Origin: Antedon mediterranea
Taxonomy: Eukaryota; Animalia; Echinodermata
NCBI RefSeq assembly: GCF_964355755.1
Contig: NC_092673.1
Location: forward strand, 18,597,648-18,661,647
DNA: 64,000 bases
Direction of reading: 5' to 3'
The position numbers and the translations under genes are program-made. Below are positions 13,511-25,100 of the stretch, piece after piece. The notes beneath the pieces were generated by a model that made no database searches, was not told the origin of the DNA, and saw only the letters and a program-made list of their open reading frames with translations. Position 1 is the first letter of the stretch. Each line of letters begins with the position of its first letter.

Positions 13511-13739
13511 AACTCTCTCACTTATAATATTGATAATATACAAATTCTTATAATTGCGTGCAACTTTAATAGCTTAAATTGTCCTTGGCTGTACTGCTAT
13601 GATTATAAGTTTCTCACTCACAGTCCATGTTCATTGGCACAAAACATTTTCAATGAGTTGAAAGATTGAGAGAATAATTTAATTGGTCAGATGTTTTGTC
13701 TTATTCTGATGTAATTGCACTGTATACTCAGTTCAATGA

Positions 13740-13842
13740 GAACACTTTGCGAACAAATTTCAAAGTATTTCACAGATTGGACTCAAACCCATGACCTCCA
13801 GATTACTAGCATTGCGTATATACCTCCAGACCACCAAGCTTG
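13740..13842 (-). repeat. Degenerate tRNA-derived SINE head
   Basis: Minus strand has an A-box-like TGGTCTGGAGG and a B-box-like GGTTTGAGTCC. No complete cloverleaf. Confidence 0.4.
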
Positions 13843-14189
13843 GTAGTCTAGAGAGGTTGGAGTCCCATCCATACACTCATTATAGTGTAAATATCTTTTT
13901 AAATGGTCACATATTATTTTAGTTACTGTTCATGTATTAATTAAAACAGATGGCATGGTAATGATACCACAACCAAAGTTGGCTGCAATAATATTAAAAA
14001 CATGAAAAACTATTTTTTTTATAAAATTAAATAGAACTAACACTGTGCAAGTCAAGTTGAAATAAATGAATTGAGGAAAATAGACAATCTTACATTGCTG
14101 TATATAAATTGTTCTGCTAGTGTACTTTTAACATGTTACCACTTACACTGACAATATTTTATTATTTCTAAATCCTTACCTTTTCACAG

Positions 14190-17100
14190 ATGAACAAGAT
14201 GATGATTATAGAAAAGAATTGACTATAGGTACGTTTATCACTGTTACAAAATTACAATATGAAAACAATGAGACAATGAGAGAAATAAAAAAAATGTATA
14301 AAATCTTCTGTTATATGTGTTTATTACCTGATTTGCTGCTAAAGACACACACACCCACAAGTAAACAATTACTAGAATTGTCTGGTTACAGTGCTTGATA
14401 CCATTAGCAGAGCTAAATATAAAAACCAAGTTTTCCATTTTATTATTCAACAAAAATATATTACCTGATATACTTTATGCTGGTAATCTCAAAACTATTT
14501 TACATTCAAATCTTAATTGATTATATATTTTATTGGGCCTTATTATATGTTTGTTAAAAAATAAACAATACTCAACTATGTGATTCGTATTGATATTAAT
14601 TGTTATTTGTTTCAGATCTGCACCGTGAATCAAACACTGACATGCAAGTATTTGATACTTTATGTACTCAGCACTATTTTTAACACACTGCCCAGGACAG
14701 ACCCAAGCTTTCACACTTTTTTTTGTTGACATGCTCTTTTTCATATTTTTTTTATTCTCTTTCACTTTTTTATAATTAAGTTACATTTGTTTAATTCTGT
14801 GTGTAAATTGGCCATAAAAGCACAGGTGAAACACAATTTGATACTGTATTGTTTTTTTTAATTAATATGATCATGATGCATTTAAATGTGCATTTATATT
14901 CCACTGTGACAATATAACAAGTTTTGAATATAATTTTTGTCATAATTATTTCACCGATATGATGACACTTTTTTAAATGAATGCCCAGATTAAACAAATT
15001 AGATAGTATTTATAGCTCAAACACAATACTTATTTATTGATACAAAATATTAATATGTACATTTTTTATAGCCTGAAATGGATAAAGAATTTTTGTAATG
15101 GTAAGTAAACCTTTTTTTTGACTAATCATGAGTCTTAAGATTTAAGAATTAAATTAAAAGTCAAACTTTATTTCTATTTATAGATATAAAGTAGTAATAA
15201 AATAAGAAATGTGTTGTAGGTGTAAAAATGAAAATAAGTATAACACGTGCCTACTGCACGCATCCATACACATGGGTATCTAAATGTAATGCCCTAAATG
15301 TGTATTAGGGAGATAGTGGTGCTTGCCGTAATTAGGTATCAAAATGTGGAGAATTGTACTGGAAAGGTTTTAAACTACACAAAGATATACTTGTAAGCAC
15401 AAAATATGTGTAAAGGTGGTCAAAATTCCAGAGAATTACAGAAACAAAATAATGTAATTTCATAATTATCATGGATGGACACACAGACGTATCCTCAAAT
15501 ATCTCAAATCAAAATATAAATCTTTGAAATCTATGAAAAGTATAAACAATTGTCTAGATCTTTCCTCTTCCAGAGCACTGGTGGATCATTTGTAGCTTTT
15601 TAATCATAGTCTTTGCAATCTGTACTCAATCTCTACTACCAGCAAGAATTGCCATAAGTATTGGCTTTTGCCTAATTCTTGTTGGAATTATCTGGTTTCT
15701 ACATGATAAAGTGACCAAGACAAACGTTTCACATTACAAGAAGCTACCTGAAGGTAGGTAAAATATGAGAGACAAAAGTTTTATTTTATTTTATTTGAAA
15801 ATCAAAAATAAAATCAAGACAGTGCAAAACAAATTCAAATAAATCGTCAACTTCAATAGTAAGCAGTACCATGATTTTAACAAAATCTAGTACTGTATTC
15901 ATTACGGAGACCCATAAGTTCCTATAAAGATATTTTGAAGACGAATTGCAGGAATTGAAACAATATAATATATAATTATGACTTTTTGATTACTGCAGAT
16001 CAACTTGTGGTGTTAAACGTGAGCTCTAAAGGTGGAACTCTCCATCTTAAAGCTGAAGACATAAAGTTGGAGATACCACCTGGAGCAATAGAAGAAGGAA
16101 AGGCAGTTAACATATCACTAGAAAATTTTATGGAAGAAATAGACTTTCCTGTACTTCATCCTCTTGAATCAGTAGTATCACCTGTTGTAAAATGTAGACC
16201 AGGAGGCACTGTCTTCCACAAGCCCTGTACTCTATCATTTCCACACAACGCTGTAAATGAAAAATTTTGGAAATTCACATTACTTGTTAAAAATCGCATT
16301 GAAGATAAATGGAGACAAATATCATTAAAAAGTGATGAAAAGGACATAACCTTTACTGTATGCAAAGGTCGGTGTTATGTAACTTTAAATCATTTCTGTC
16401 AATATGTGGCTGTGGGTCATCCAGCAGATGTTAATTATATGGCGAAGAGAAAAATGAAGTTATTGGTTTTTAGAAAGAGGATTACAAATTTTAAATATGA
16501 ACTTCAGATAAGACTTTGTAACCCAGGAGATATAAGGGTATGTACTATCAATTTCTTGATTGGTTGAAATGACATTGCATGACGAAAACGTCATCTAAAA
16601 TATTTTTTATATTAACTGTTCTGACTCCATGATGACATAATATGTCATGCGGGTGTAATATTATTACATATTATTATATTGTTCATCTAAGACACTGTGA
16701 AACAGAGTAGGTTACAATTTGTTGGCGATGGCAGCCAATTCAAATTGTTTATTGGAACTCTATATAATACAACCATTCTAAAATTGATGCATATTTATTG
16801 CATGTGTGTTACTGTTAGTGTATTATGTATTTCAGAAGATAACTGAAGAGCATGAACAGCACGAAGGAAAGCTTTTACAAACACCAGTAGATATACTTTG
16901 TTTGAATAAAAACATGATCATTACTGTAGAATCAAATTCAGATGAATGGCGTATTATGGAGCAAGAGAAAGTAAAATCATCTTTCAATATTGCAAATTAA
17001 GAAATAAAAATATGAATTAAAAACATTTATTTTAATTTTAATGTGATATAGTACACTAGAACTTTTATGAATATGAATTTTAAAAATATTAAAAATATCT

Positions 17101-20100
17101 TAAAAGTATCTTAGTTATTCACCTCAGCAGTTGGTCAAAGCCCTTGTATGGTTTCTTTTCTAGAAAATCAATGCTGAATACATATGGCATGCAACACCAC
17201 AAAAGAGTTTTCAATTAACAAGACGGAATTTATCAGAAAATCTTTTAAACGTAACAGTATCACCTTCACAAGCGGGAAATGAAATTGATCCAGTAAATGT
17301 GAATTGTATGTATTTAAAATAGTATACAAATAATGAACGTTTATGAGTTGGATGGTGGAGAATATTTCATGAGTTGATAGAGGTTGTTATATCTTTAACT
17401 CAGTAAATACAAATACGAAAAATTGCCAGGCAATTAAAAGTGATGTAGGCTAATTCTGTTTTTTTTTTCCACAGACTTCTTGTATAATTAATCAAAATCA
17501 GCGTTCCGCAACCTTTTTTGACCGAGACCCAATGATCCTATTTTGGGAATTCTTGCGACCCAACATTGCGAATTTGAGCTTACAGGCAAATTGTGTTTTA
17601 GTATAAAGTCACTCCAGTGGATATTTAGATTAGAACAAATTTGAAAATGGACCAAACATACATTGTCAGTTTTGAAAACAACACATTATTGAAATTTAAT
17701 TTAATTCATATATTCATTGTCTTTTCAGGTGAACTAGAAAATCCAATGTAAGTAGTTTATGGGTTATCAGATATTGATACAAAGTTATGATATACAGACA
17801 AGTATAGCAAAATTAGTATTTACAATTTTTACGTAAAATATTTATAGATAACTTAAGACAAACAAGAATACAGAGGTTTTTCTTATGCTCTCATAATTTT
17901 TGTATGGAGCATCATCAAATATAATACTCATCCTGTTAGCAAGAAGCCACAAAGTATGATTCGGAAAAAAAGAATTTCAACTTTCATTACTAAATCAATA
18001 CAATTTTAACATTTTGTTAATGAATGATCACTTGGTTATCAATTGGTTAATGTTAAACAACAAGAAACTATTTTATTTCGCTTTGGTAATCGTTCGAGAT
18101 CACGTGAGATCCCGTTGCGCACGCGCACATCAGTTCGTTGCATACACACAAAATCAGAAGTCTTCGACATCGAATATCTAAAGAAAAATTGATTATTTTG
18201 TAAGAAATACACATCATATTATCTATTAAGCACTGTTTGATGAAGGACAACTTATCACTCGGTAAGAGGGATGACGAAAAATCAAGAAAAATAGTAGAAG
18301 TAGGGCTTGAGAGCTCAGAAACTTAGACAGGTTTCGGCGACCCTGTGGGGCCAGGCGTGCTACTTCATAGCGGGAATAAAATACTGCGCCCACTGGGCCG
18401 GTAAATATAAAGCAGCGAGAACTGATACATGATTCTAAACATAAATCCACTAAATCAAAACAAAAACCTGTCTCAGAAACACCTACATAACTGTCTTGAC
18501 AAAATTGAGCATTTTATGAAGGAGTCTCGTCAAGAAAACAGTGAACTACGAGAGAAGTTAGAAACTGTATTGCTAGGACATACTAGCGATGAATATGATG
18601 ATGATCAATGCCCGTGTGGTCAGTACATAGAATCAGAATATAAAATCCACCAACAGGATGATGTTGCAAGTAGGTACATCACTCACTACATATCTGACTC
18701 TGATGAAGCGGTCGAGCCAGAGAATTTGGCCCAGTGCCAAGAAAAGATAAACAAACCGAAAAGTTAGGGTTTGCTAAACGTTTTGCCACTCTTATTGAGG
18801 AGGGAAAACTTCGGAAAGAATCTCAAGCAGATAGTGTAAACTACATTATCACAAATCCGCTGGAAGAGAAATACATGACAGAAATTTGTCAAAAATATCC
18901 CAAACCAATAAATTTAACACTAAATGTACGAAATCTGGATTTGAAGATTCAGAAATGCCAGAAACCTCTTGTCAAAGTTGCCTTTTTGAGATCAGCTGAT
19001 GAATTGCCAATTCTCACTAAGACACAGGAAGATAACGTGGCTTTATTGGCAAGCGCACACTTTGAACTGAATCAGTTGCGAAAGAAGCTGATCAAACCTG
19101 ATCTTAATTCTCGATCACTCATCTCTGTAAAACACGAGTAAAGACAACTGAATGGTTGTTTGGCAATGACCTTCACAAGGCAGTGAAAGAATTAGAGGAA
19201 GAACAGAAAACCATAGGCGTTGTGAAAAACCACCACGGGCAATATAGGTCACATCGGTTCACACCATATCAGAACTTAGGCTCTAGTACTAATACAAGAT
19301 CTTATCAATACCAGAACAACCGTTCGATAAATACAGGCTGGTCAGCAAGCCGTAGTAGATCACACCTGTCTTTTTAGGGCAAGGGCAACTTCAAAACCTG
19401 CACTGTCGATGAGAAATTCCAGGTACAAACGGGGAAGATATGTTGCGTCCACACAGTCGTTGGGAAAGCGGCAGTTCAATCAGAACTAAACCAATTAAAA
19501 ACTCAAATTATGAGAATGGTGAATTTTTATCAAATATTGTTACCAGACGCAAAAAAGATAGCGAATACCGTATGATCCTAGACTTATCTCAATTAAACAA
19601 ATTCATAAAATATTACCATTTCAAGATGGACTGTTTTGATACAGCCATAAAATTCATAAAAAAAGACTGCTTTATGACATCAATTGATCTCTGAGATGCA
19701 TATTATTCAATTTCTATTGCAAAACACCATAGAAAATATTAAAAATTTAGATTGAATGATGATCTATGGCAATTCTGCAGCACAACTATTTTCTAACTTG
19801 GGGTTTGCTATACATCTATCTAAATCAGTAATTGAGCCAGTAGGAGAAATTTCTTGTACGATTTGTAATATACTCTCGCACTGTGAAAATAAGCCTCACA
19901 AAAGAAAAGACCCAAGAAATATGTAATCAATGTATATCACTATACAAAAATTAGACACACTATACGTTCTGTCTCATCGGTTATAGGTAAATTCGTTGCG
20001 GCCTTTCCGGGTGTTCAATATAGACCACTACATTACCGTGGGCTTGAAAAAGACAAAATCTGTGCACTGAGACTAAACAAATAATTTGATAGAAAAATTA

Positions 20101-22168
20101 CCATCACACAAACCACTAAAAGGGAACTCAAATGGTAGATTTAAAATGCTAAATCGGCAACAGCAAAATAGATCATGGGGTACCCTCTGTGAACTTAACT
20201 AGTGATGCATCGGGCCTAGGTGCGTCAAATGGTTCTATTCACATAGGTGGGAGATGGAATTCCAAGGAAATAGAAAAAATCAAGTCATATGAAATAAACT
20301 ATCTAGAAATAAAGGCAGCTTTGTTTGCACTAAAAGCTTTTTGTGTAAATAGTTCAAATAGCCATGTTTTGATAAATGTGACAATACCACTGCATTGGTG
20401 TATATAAATAACATGGGGGTAAACATTCTGGAATTTTTGACTGCACTATATCCTACGTTAGGATAGAGTGCTCTCAACACCACAAAAGCTACGTTGTCAT
20501 TGTTTGTGACCCGCAAAGATGGCACTCAGTTAGGCACTCATCTTTTAATTTGCAAATGTATGAAACCACCTGCACCGTAAAACCAGTACTTAACCTTATA
20601 AGGAAACAGTTTCCAGTTGAATCTCTCAACCTTCGAGATTTGACCCTAAAAATGTGTATGCTGGTAGCGCTAATCACTGCACAACGTCAACAAACACTCC
20701 ATTTGCTAAAAATAGACACAATGCAAGTGACGACCTGGTCGGTAATTTTCAAAACAATGAATTATTAAAACAGAACAGACCAGGGAAGCCGACGTGTTGC
20801 TATCTAAATGTCAAGAAATATCTACAAGACCCTAATATTTGTGTTACACTGCGTTAGTAGAATACATTGACCACACAAAAGACCTTCGCAATGGTGAAGT
20901 GTATTTATTTATAACAAAAAACCTTATAAGAGAGTTACAACTGACACTATAGCATGATGGATTAAATGCGAGATGCAAATTGCGGGAATTGATGTTACAC
21001 AGTTTAAACCTCACTCAACCAGGTCGGCAGCAGTTTCAAAAGTAAAACAATCTATGCTTCCAGTCTCTGATATTTTGCAACATGTGAGTTGGAACATATT
21101 ACGATAAACCCATTCAAGAAGATGGTTGTAACTTTGCTCTCGCACTAATGAAAGAATAAATGTTAATTACCATAACTAACAAGCGAGCACACTATATTGA
21201 GTTAGTTTGATAAAATGTTATAACTTTAGTACAGTTACATTTTGCTTGAGTTTAATATCCCACGATGGAATGTTATACACAGAGAGATTGAAGTTCCTAC
21301 AAAACGTTAAATTAAAAATCGCTAACATGTTACTCTAAATGCTAAGTAAAAGTACTTTATGGCAAGTTGGAGTATAGGTTGTTAAAAGTGTTTATTACAA
21401 TATACAAGTTGTGTTTGGGATCAAGCTTGAAATCCAACGTTGGGAAGTTATACTCAGGCAATCAAAATGTTATTTAAATAATAAATATTAATGTTATTTA
21501 ATTACATGTGTCATTATTTACCCAAATAAACTGGTCGTTGAGGCCAGAGTTTCTTTAAACTCATGTGATCTCGAACGATTACCATAGCGAAATAAAATAA
21601 GAAGATTAAACGAGAACTTACCTGTTCAAAGTTTGATCTTTATTTTATGAGGTAGGTTAAGTGAGAGATAACAACTTATTTTAATATACTTTATTAAGTT
21701 ATTAGAGTTTTAAATATGCGTACATTTTCATTTCTAGTCTGTGCCAAATGAGGTCTTTCTGGAAGTTATTACAAGGTATTTAACTTTTCTATTTTTTGTT
21801 AGTTCAGAGTCTGAAAAAGTTTAATTTGTTCATACATTGTTTTGCTATTAGAAGACTGGATGCAATTTATAAGATTTTTTTCTTAAATAGTAATTGTAAA
21901 TTGTATTTTTAGCTAATCTTCATAATCTTAAAAGCTCAAGCAACAATATGTTTGTTCTACTTTTATTTCAGAACACTGGTGGATAGTTACTGTATTTTTG
22001 TTTGGTCTACTTGCAATCGCTGCAGTCTTGATTATTTGCTTCGCTAAAGAACCACTCATAATTGGCCTAGGTCTTAGTGTGTTAACTGCTGGTGTTTCAG
22101 GTATCTGGTATGTACATAGGAAAATGACGCCTCCGTCAGCAGGCAGACAGCAGATAGAAGCAGTCTAA
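14190..22168 (+). CDS. Spliced host gene: membrane hairpin - ZU5 - UPA-like - membrane hairpin protein (UNC5C-like/ZU5 family; 5' end not found)
   Basis: Phase-consistent exons 14190-14228, 14616-14643 (GC donor), 15072-15100, 15574-15753, 15999-16537, 16836-16970, 17164-17305, 17729-17747, 21738-21775, 21972-22168 (TAA). They join into one open frame. ZU5 hallmarks: GGTLHL..IKLEIPPGAI, VSPVVKCRPGGTVFHKPCTLSFPH, LNHFC. Confidence 0.8.
15574..15753 (+). CDS. Exon encoding the first two-helix hydrophobic hairpin
   Basis: Canonical AG/GT, phase 1-1. Translates (E)HWWIICSFLIIVFAICTQSLLPARIAISIGFCLILVGIIWFLHDKVTKTNVSHYKKLPE. Confidence 0.75.
15999..16537 (+). CDS. ZU5-domain exon
   Basis: Lies within ORF 15986..16567. 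Acceptor ctgcag|at, donor agg|gtatgt. Clear ZU5 sequence pattern. Confidence 0.9.
18429..19377 (+). pseudogene. DIRS gag-like ORF, fragmented
   Basis: ORF pieces 18429-18767, 18734-19141, 19156-19377 with LLASAHFELNQLRK..IKP and LFGNDL motifs. Confidence 0.7.
19440..20420 (+). pseudogene. DIRS reverse transcriptase / RNase H, fragmented
   Basis: FLSNIVTRRKKDSEYRMILDLSQLN..HFKMD..IDL*DAYYSI; LTSDASGLG..W..INYLEIKAALFALKAF. Stops and deletions present. Confidence 0.85.
20550..21100 (+). pseudogene. DIRS tyrosine recombinase, fragmented
   Basis: LRDLTLKMCMLVALITAQRQQTL, and FKPHSTRSAAVSK at ~21003-21041 (HSTR catalytic box). Confidence 0.85.
21972..22168 (+). CDS. Terminal coding exon encoding the second two-helix hydrophobic hairpin
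   Basis: Acceptor tttcag. Translates (E)HWWIVTVFLFGLLAIAAVLIICFAKEPLIIGLGLSVLTAGVSGIWYVHRKMTPPSAGRQQIEAV*. Confidence 0.78.
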
Positions 22169-25100
22169 AACAAGAACAATAGAATGACATTCAATGGTCT
22201 GTATGTATGTATACATCATGACAGCAGATAGAAGCAGTCTAAAACAAGAACAATAGAATGACATTCAATGGTCTGTATGTATATATACATCATGTCAGCA
22301 GATAGAAGCAGTCTAAAACAAGAACAATAGAATGACATTCAATGGTGTGTATGTATATATACATCATGACAGCAGATAGAAGCAGTCTAAAACAAGAACA
22401 ATAGAATGACATTCAATGGTCTGTATGTATATATACATCATGACAGCAGATAGAAGCAGTCTAAAACAAGAACAAGAGAATGACATTCAATGGTGTGTAT
22501 GTATATATACATCATGACAGCAGATAGAAGCAGTCTAAAACAAGAACAATAGAATGACATTCAATGGTGTGTATGTATATATACATCATGACAGCAGATA
22601 GAAGCAGTCTAAAACAAGAACAATAGAATGACATTCAATGGTGTGTATGTATATATACATCATGACAGCAGATGGAAGCAGTCTAAAACAAGAACAATAG
22701 AATGACATTCAATGGTGTGTATGTATATATACATCATGACAGCAGATAGAAGCAGTCTAAAACAAGAACAATAGAATGACATTCAATGGTCTGTATGTAT
22801 AAATACATGTCAGCAGTTGGAAGCAGTCTAAAACAAGAACAATAGAATGACATTCAATGGTCTGTATGTATATATACATCATGTCAGCAGATCGAAGCAG
22901 TCTAAAACAAGAACAATAGAATGACATTCAATGGTCTGTATGTATAAATACATGTCAGCAGTTGGAAGCAGTCTAAAACAAGAACAATAGAATGACATTC
23001 AATGGTCTGTATGTATAAATACATGTCAGCAGTTGGAAGCAGTCTAAAACAAGAACAATAGAATGACATTCAATGGTATGTATGTATAAATACATCATGA
23101 CAGCAGATAGAAGCAGTCTAAAACAAGAACAATAGAATGACATTCAATGGTCTGTATGTATAAATACATCATGTCAGCAGATAGAAGCAGTCTAAAACAA
23201 GAACAATAGAATGACATTCAATGGTCTGTATGTATAAATACATCATGTCAGCAGATGGAAGCAGTCTAAAACAAGAACAATAGAATGACATTCAATGGTC
23301 TGTATGTATAAATACATCATGTCAGCAGTTGGAAGCAGTCTAAAACAAGAACAATAGAATGACATTCAATGGTCTGTATGTATATATACATCATGTCAGC
23401 AGATGGAAGCAGTCTAAAACAAGAACAATAGAATGACATTCAATGGTCTGTATGTATAAATACATCATGTCAGCAGATGGAAGCAGTCTAAAACAAGAAC
23501 AATAGAATGACATTCAATGGTCTGTATGTATAAATACATCATGACAGCAGATAGAAGCAGTCTAAAACAAGAACAATAGAATGACATTCAATGGTCTGTA
23601 TATATAAATACATCATGTCAGCAGATGGAAGCAGTCTAAAACAAGAACAATAGAATGACATTCAATGGTCTGTATGTATATATACATCATGACAGCAGAT
23701 AGAAGCAGTCTAAAACAAGAACAATAGAATGACATTCAATGGTCTGTATGTATAAATACATCATGTCAGCAGATGGAAGCAGTCTAAAACAAGAACAATA
23801 GAATGACATTCAATGGTCTGTATGTATATATACATGTCAGCAGTTGGAAGCAGTCTAAAACAAGAACAATAGAATGACATTCAATGGTATGTATGTATAA
23901 ATACATCATGACAGCAGATAGAAGCAGTCTAAAACAAGAACAATAGAATGACATTCAATGGTCTGTATGTATAAATACATGTCAGCAGTTGGAAGCAGTC
24001 TAAAACAAGAACAATAGAATGACATTCAATGGTCTGTATGTATATATACATCATGACAGCAGATAGAAGCAGTCTAAAACAAGAACAATAGAATGACATT
24101 CAATGGTCTGTATGTATAAATACATGTCAGCAGTTGGAAGCAGTCTAAAACAAGAACAATAGAATGACATTCAATGGTCTGTATGTATAAATACATCATG
24201 ACAGCAGATAGAAGCAGTCTAAAACAAGAACAATAGAATGACATTCAATGGTCTGTATGTATAAATACATCATGTCAGCAGATAGAAGCAGTCTAAAACA
24301 AGAACAATAGAATGACATTCAATGGTCTGTATGTATAAATACATCATGTCAGCAGATAGAAGCAGTCTAAAACAAGAACAATAGAATGACATTCAATGGT
24401 CTGTATGTATAAATACATCATGTCAGCAGATGGAAGCAGTCTAAAACAAGAACAATAGAATGACATTCAATGGTCTGTATGTATAAATACATCATGTCAG
24501 CAGTTGGAAGCAGTCTAAAACAAGAACAATAGAATGACATTCAATGGTCTGTATGTATATATACATCATGTCAGCAGATGGAAGCAGTCTAAAACAAGAA
24601 CAATAGAATGACATTCAATGGTCTGTATGTATAAATACATCATGTCAGCAGATGGAAGCAGTCTAAAACAAGAACAATAGAATGACATTCAATGGTCTGT
24701 ATGTATAAATACATCATGTCAGCAGATGGAAGCAGTCTAAAACAAGAACAATAGAATGACATTCAATGGTCTGTATGTATATATACATCATGACAGCAGA
24801 TGGAAGCAGTCTAAAACAAGAACAATAGAATGACATTCAATGGTCTGTATGTATATATACATCATGTCAGCAGATGGAAGCAGTCTAAAACAAGAACAAT
24901 AGAATGACATTCAATGGTCTGTATGTATAAATACATCATGTCAGCAGATGGAAGCAGTCTAAAACAAGAACAATAGAATGACATTCAATGGTCTGTATGT
25001 ATAAATACATCATGACAGCAGATAGAAGCAGTCTAAAACAAGAACAATAGAATGACATTCAATGGTCTGTATGTATAAATACATCATGTCAGCAGATGGA

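Larger units (their letters stand above)
7439..13533 (-). mobile_element. Non-autonomous Helitron, interrupted by a LINE
   Basis: On the minus strand it starts A|TC at 13533, carries a subterminal (GTCT)n tract (13474-13510), and ends with hairpin CCCGCCC-TG-GGGCGGG (7451-7466) then TATAATTG-CTAG|T (7439). It sits in an AT dinucleotide with no TSD and has internal repeats at 12700-13480. Confidence 0.8.
18068..21655 (+). mobile_element. Decayed DIRS1-like tyrosine-recombinase retrotransposon in a host intron
   Basis: gag-like, RT, RNase H and YR fragments in DIRS order. 18070-18108 is the reverse complement of 21560-21599 (ITR/ICR-type structure). Confidence 0.85.

Noticed and set aside
13775-13845. 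tRNA gene
   Set aside because: Only degenerate A/B boxes are present, with no acceptor stem or cloverleaf. Better explained as a SINE head.
13690-13990. Further upstream micro-exons of the ZU5 gene (e.g. cag|atggcatg|gtaatg at ~13950)
   Set aside because: Weak acceptors and several equally possible phases. Cannot be supported without transcripts.
15986-17305. Calling the ZU5 gene UNC5, ankyrin or PIDD1
   Set aside because: No Ig/TSP1, ankyrin, LRR or death domain is found in the reconstructed exons, so no gene symbol is assigned.
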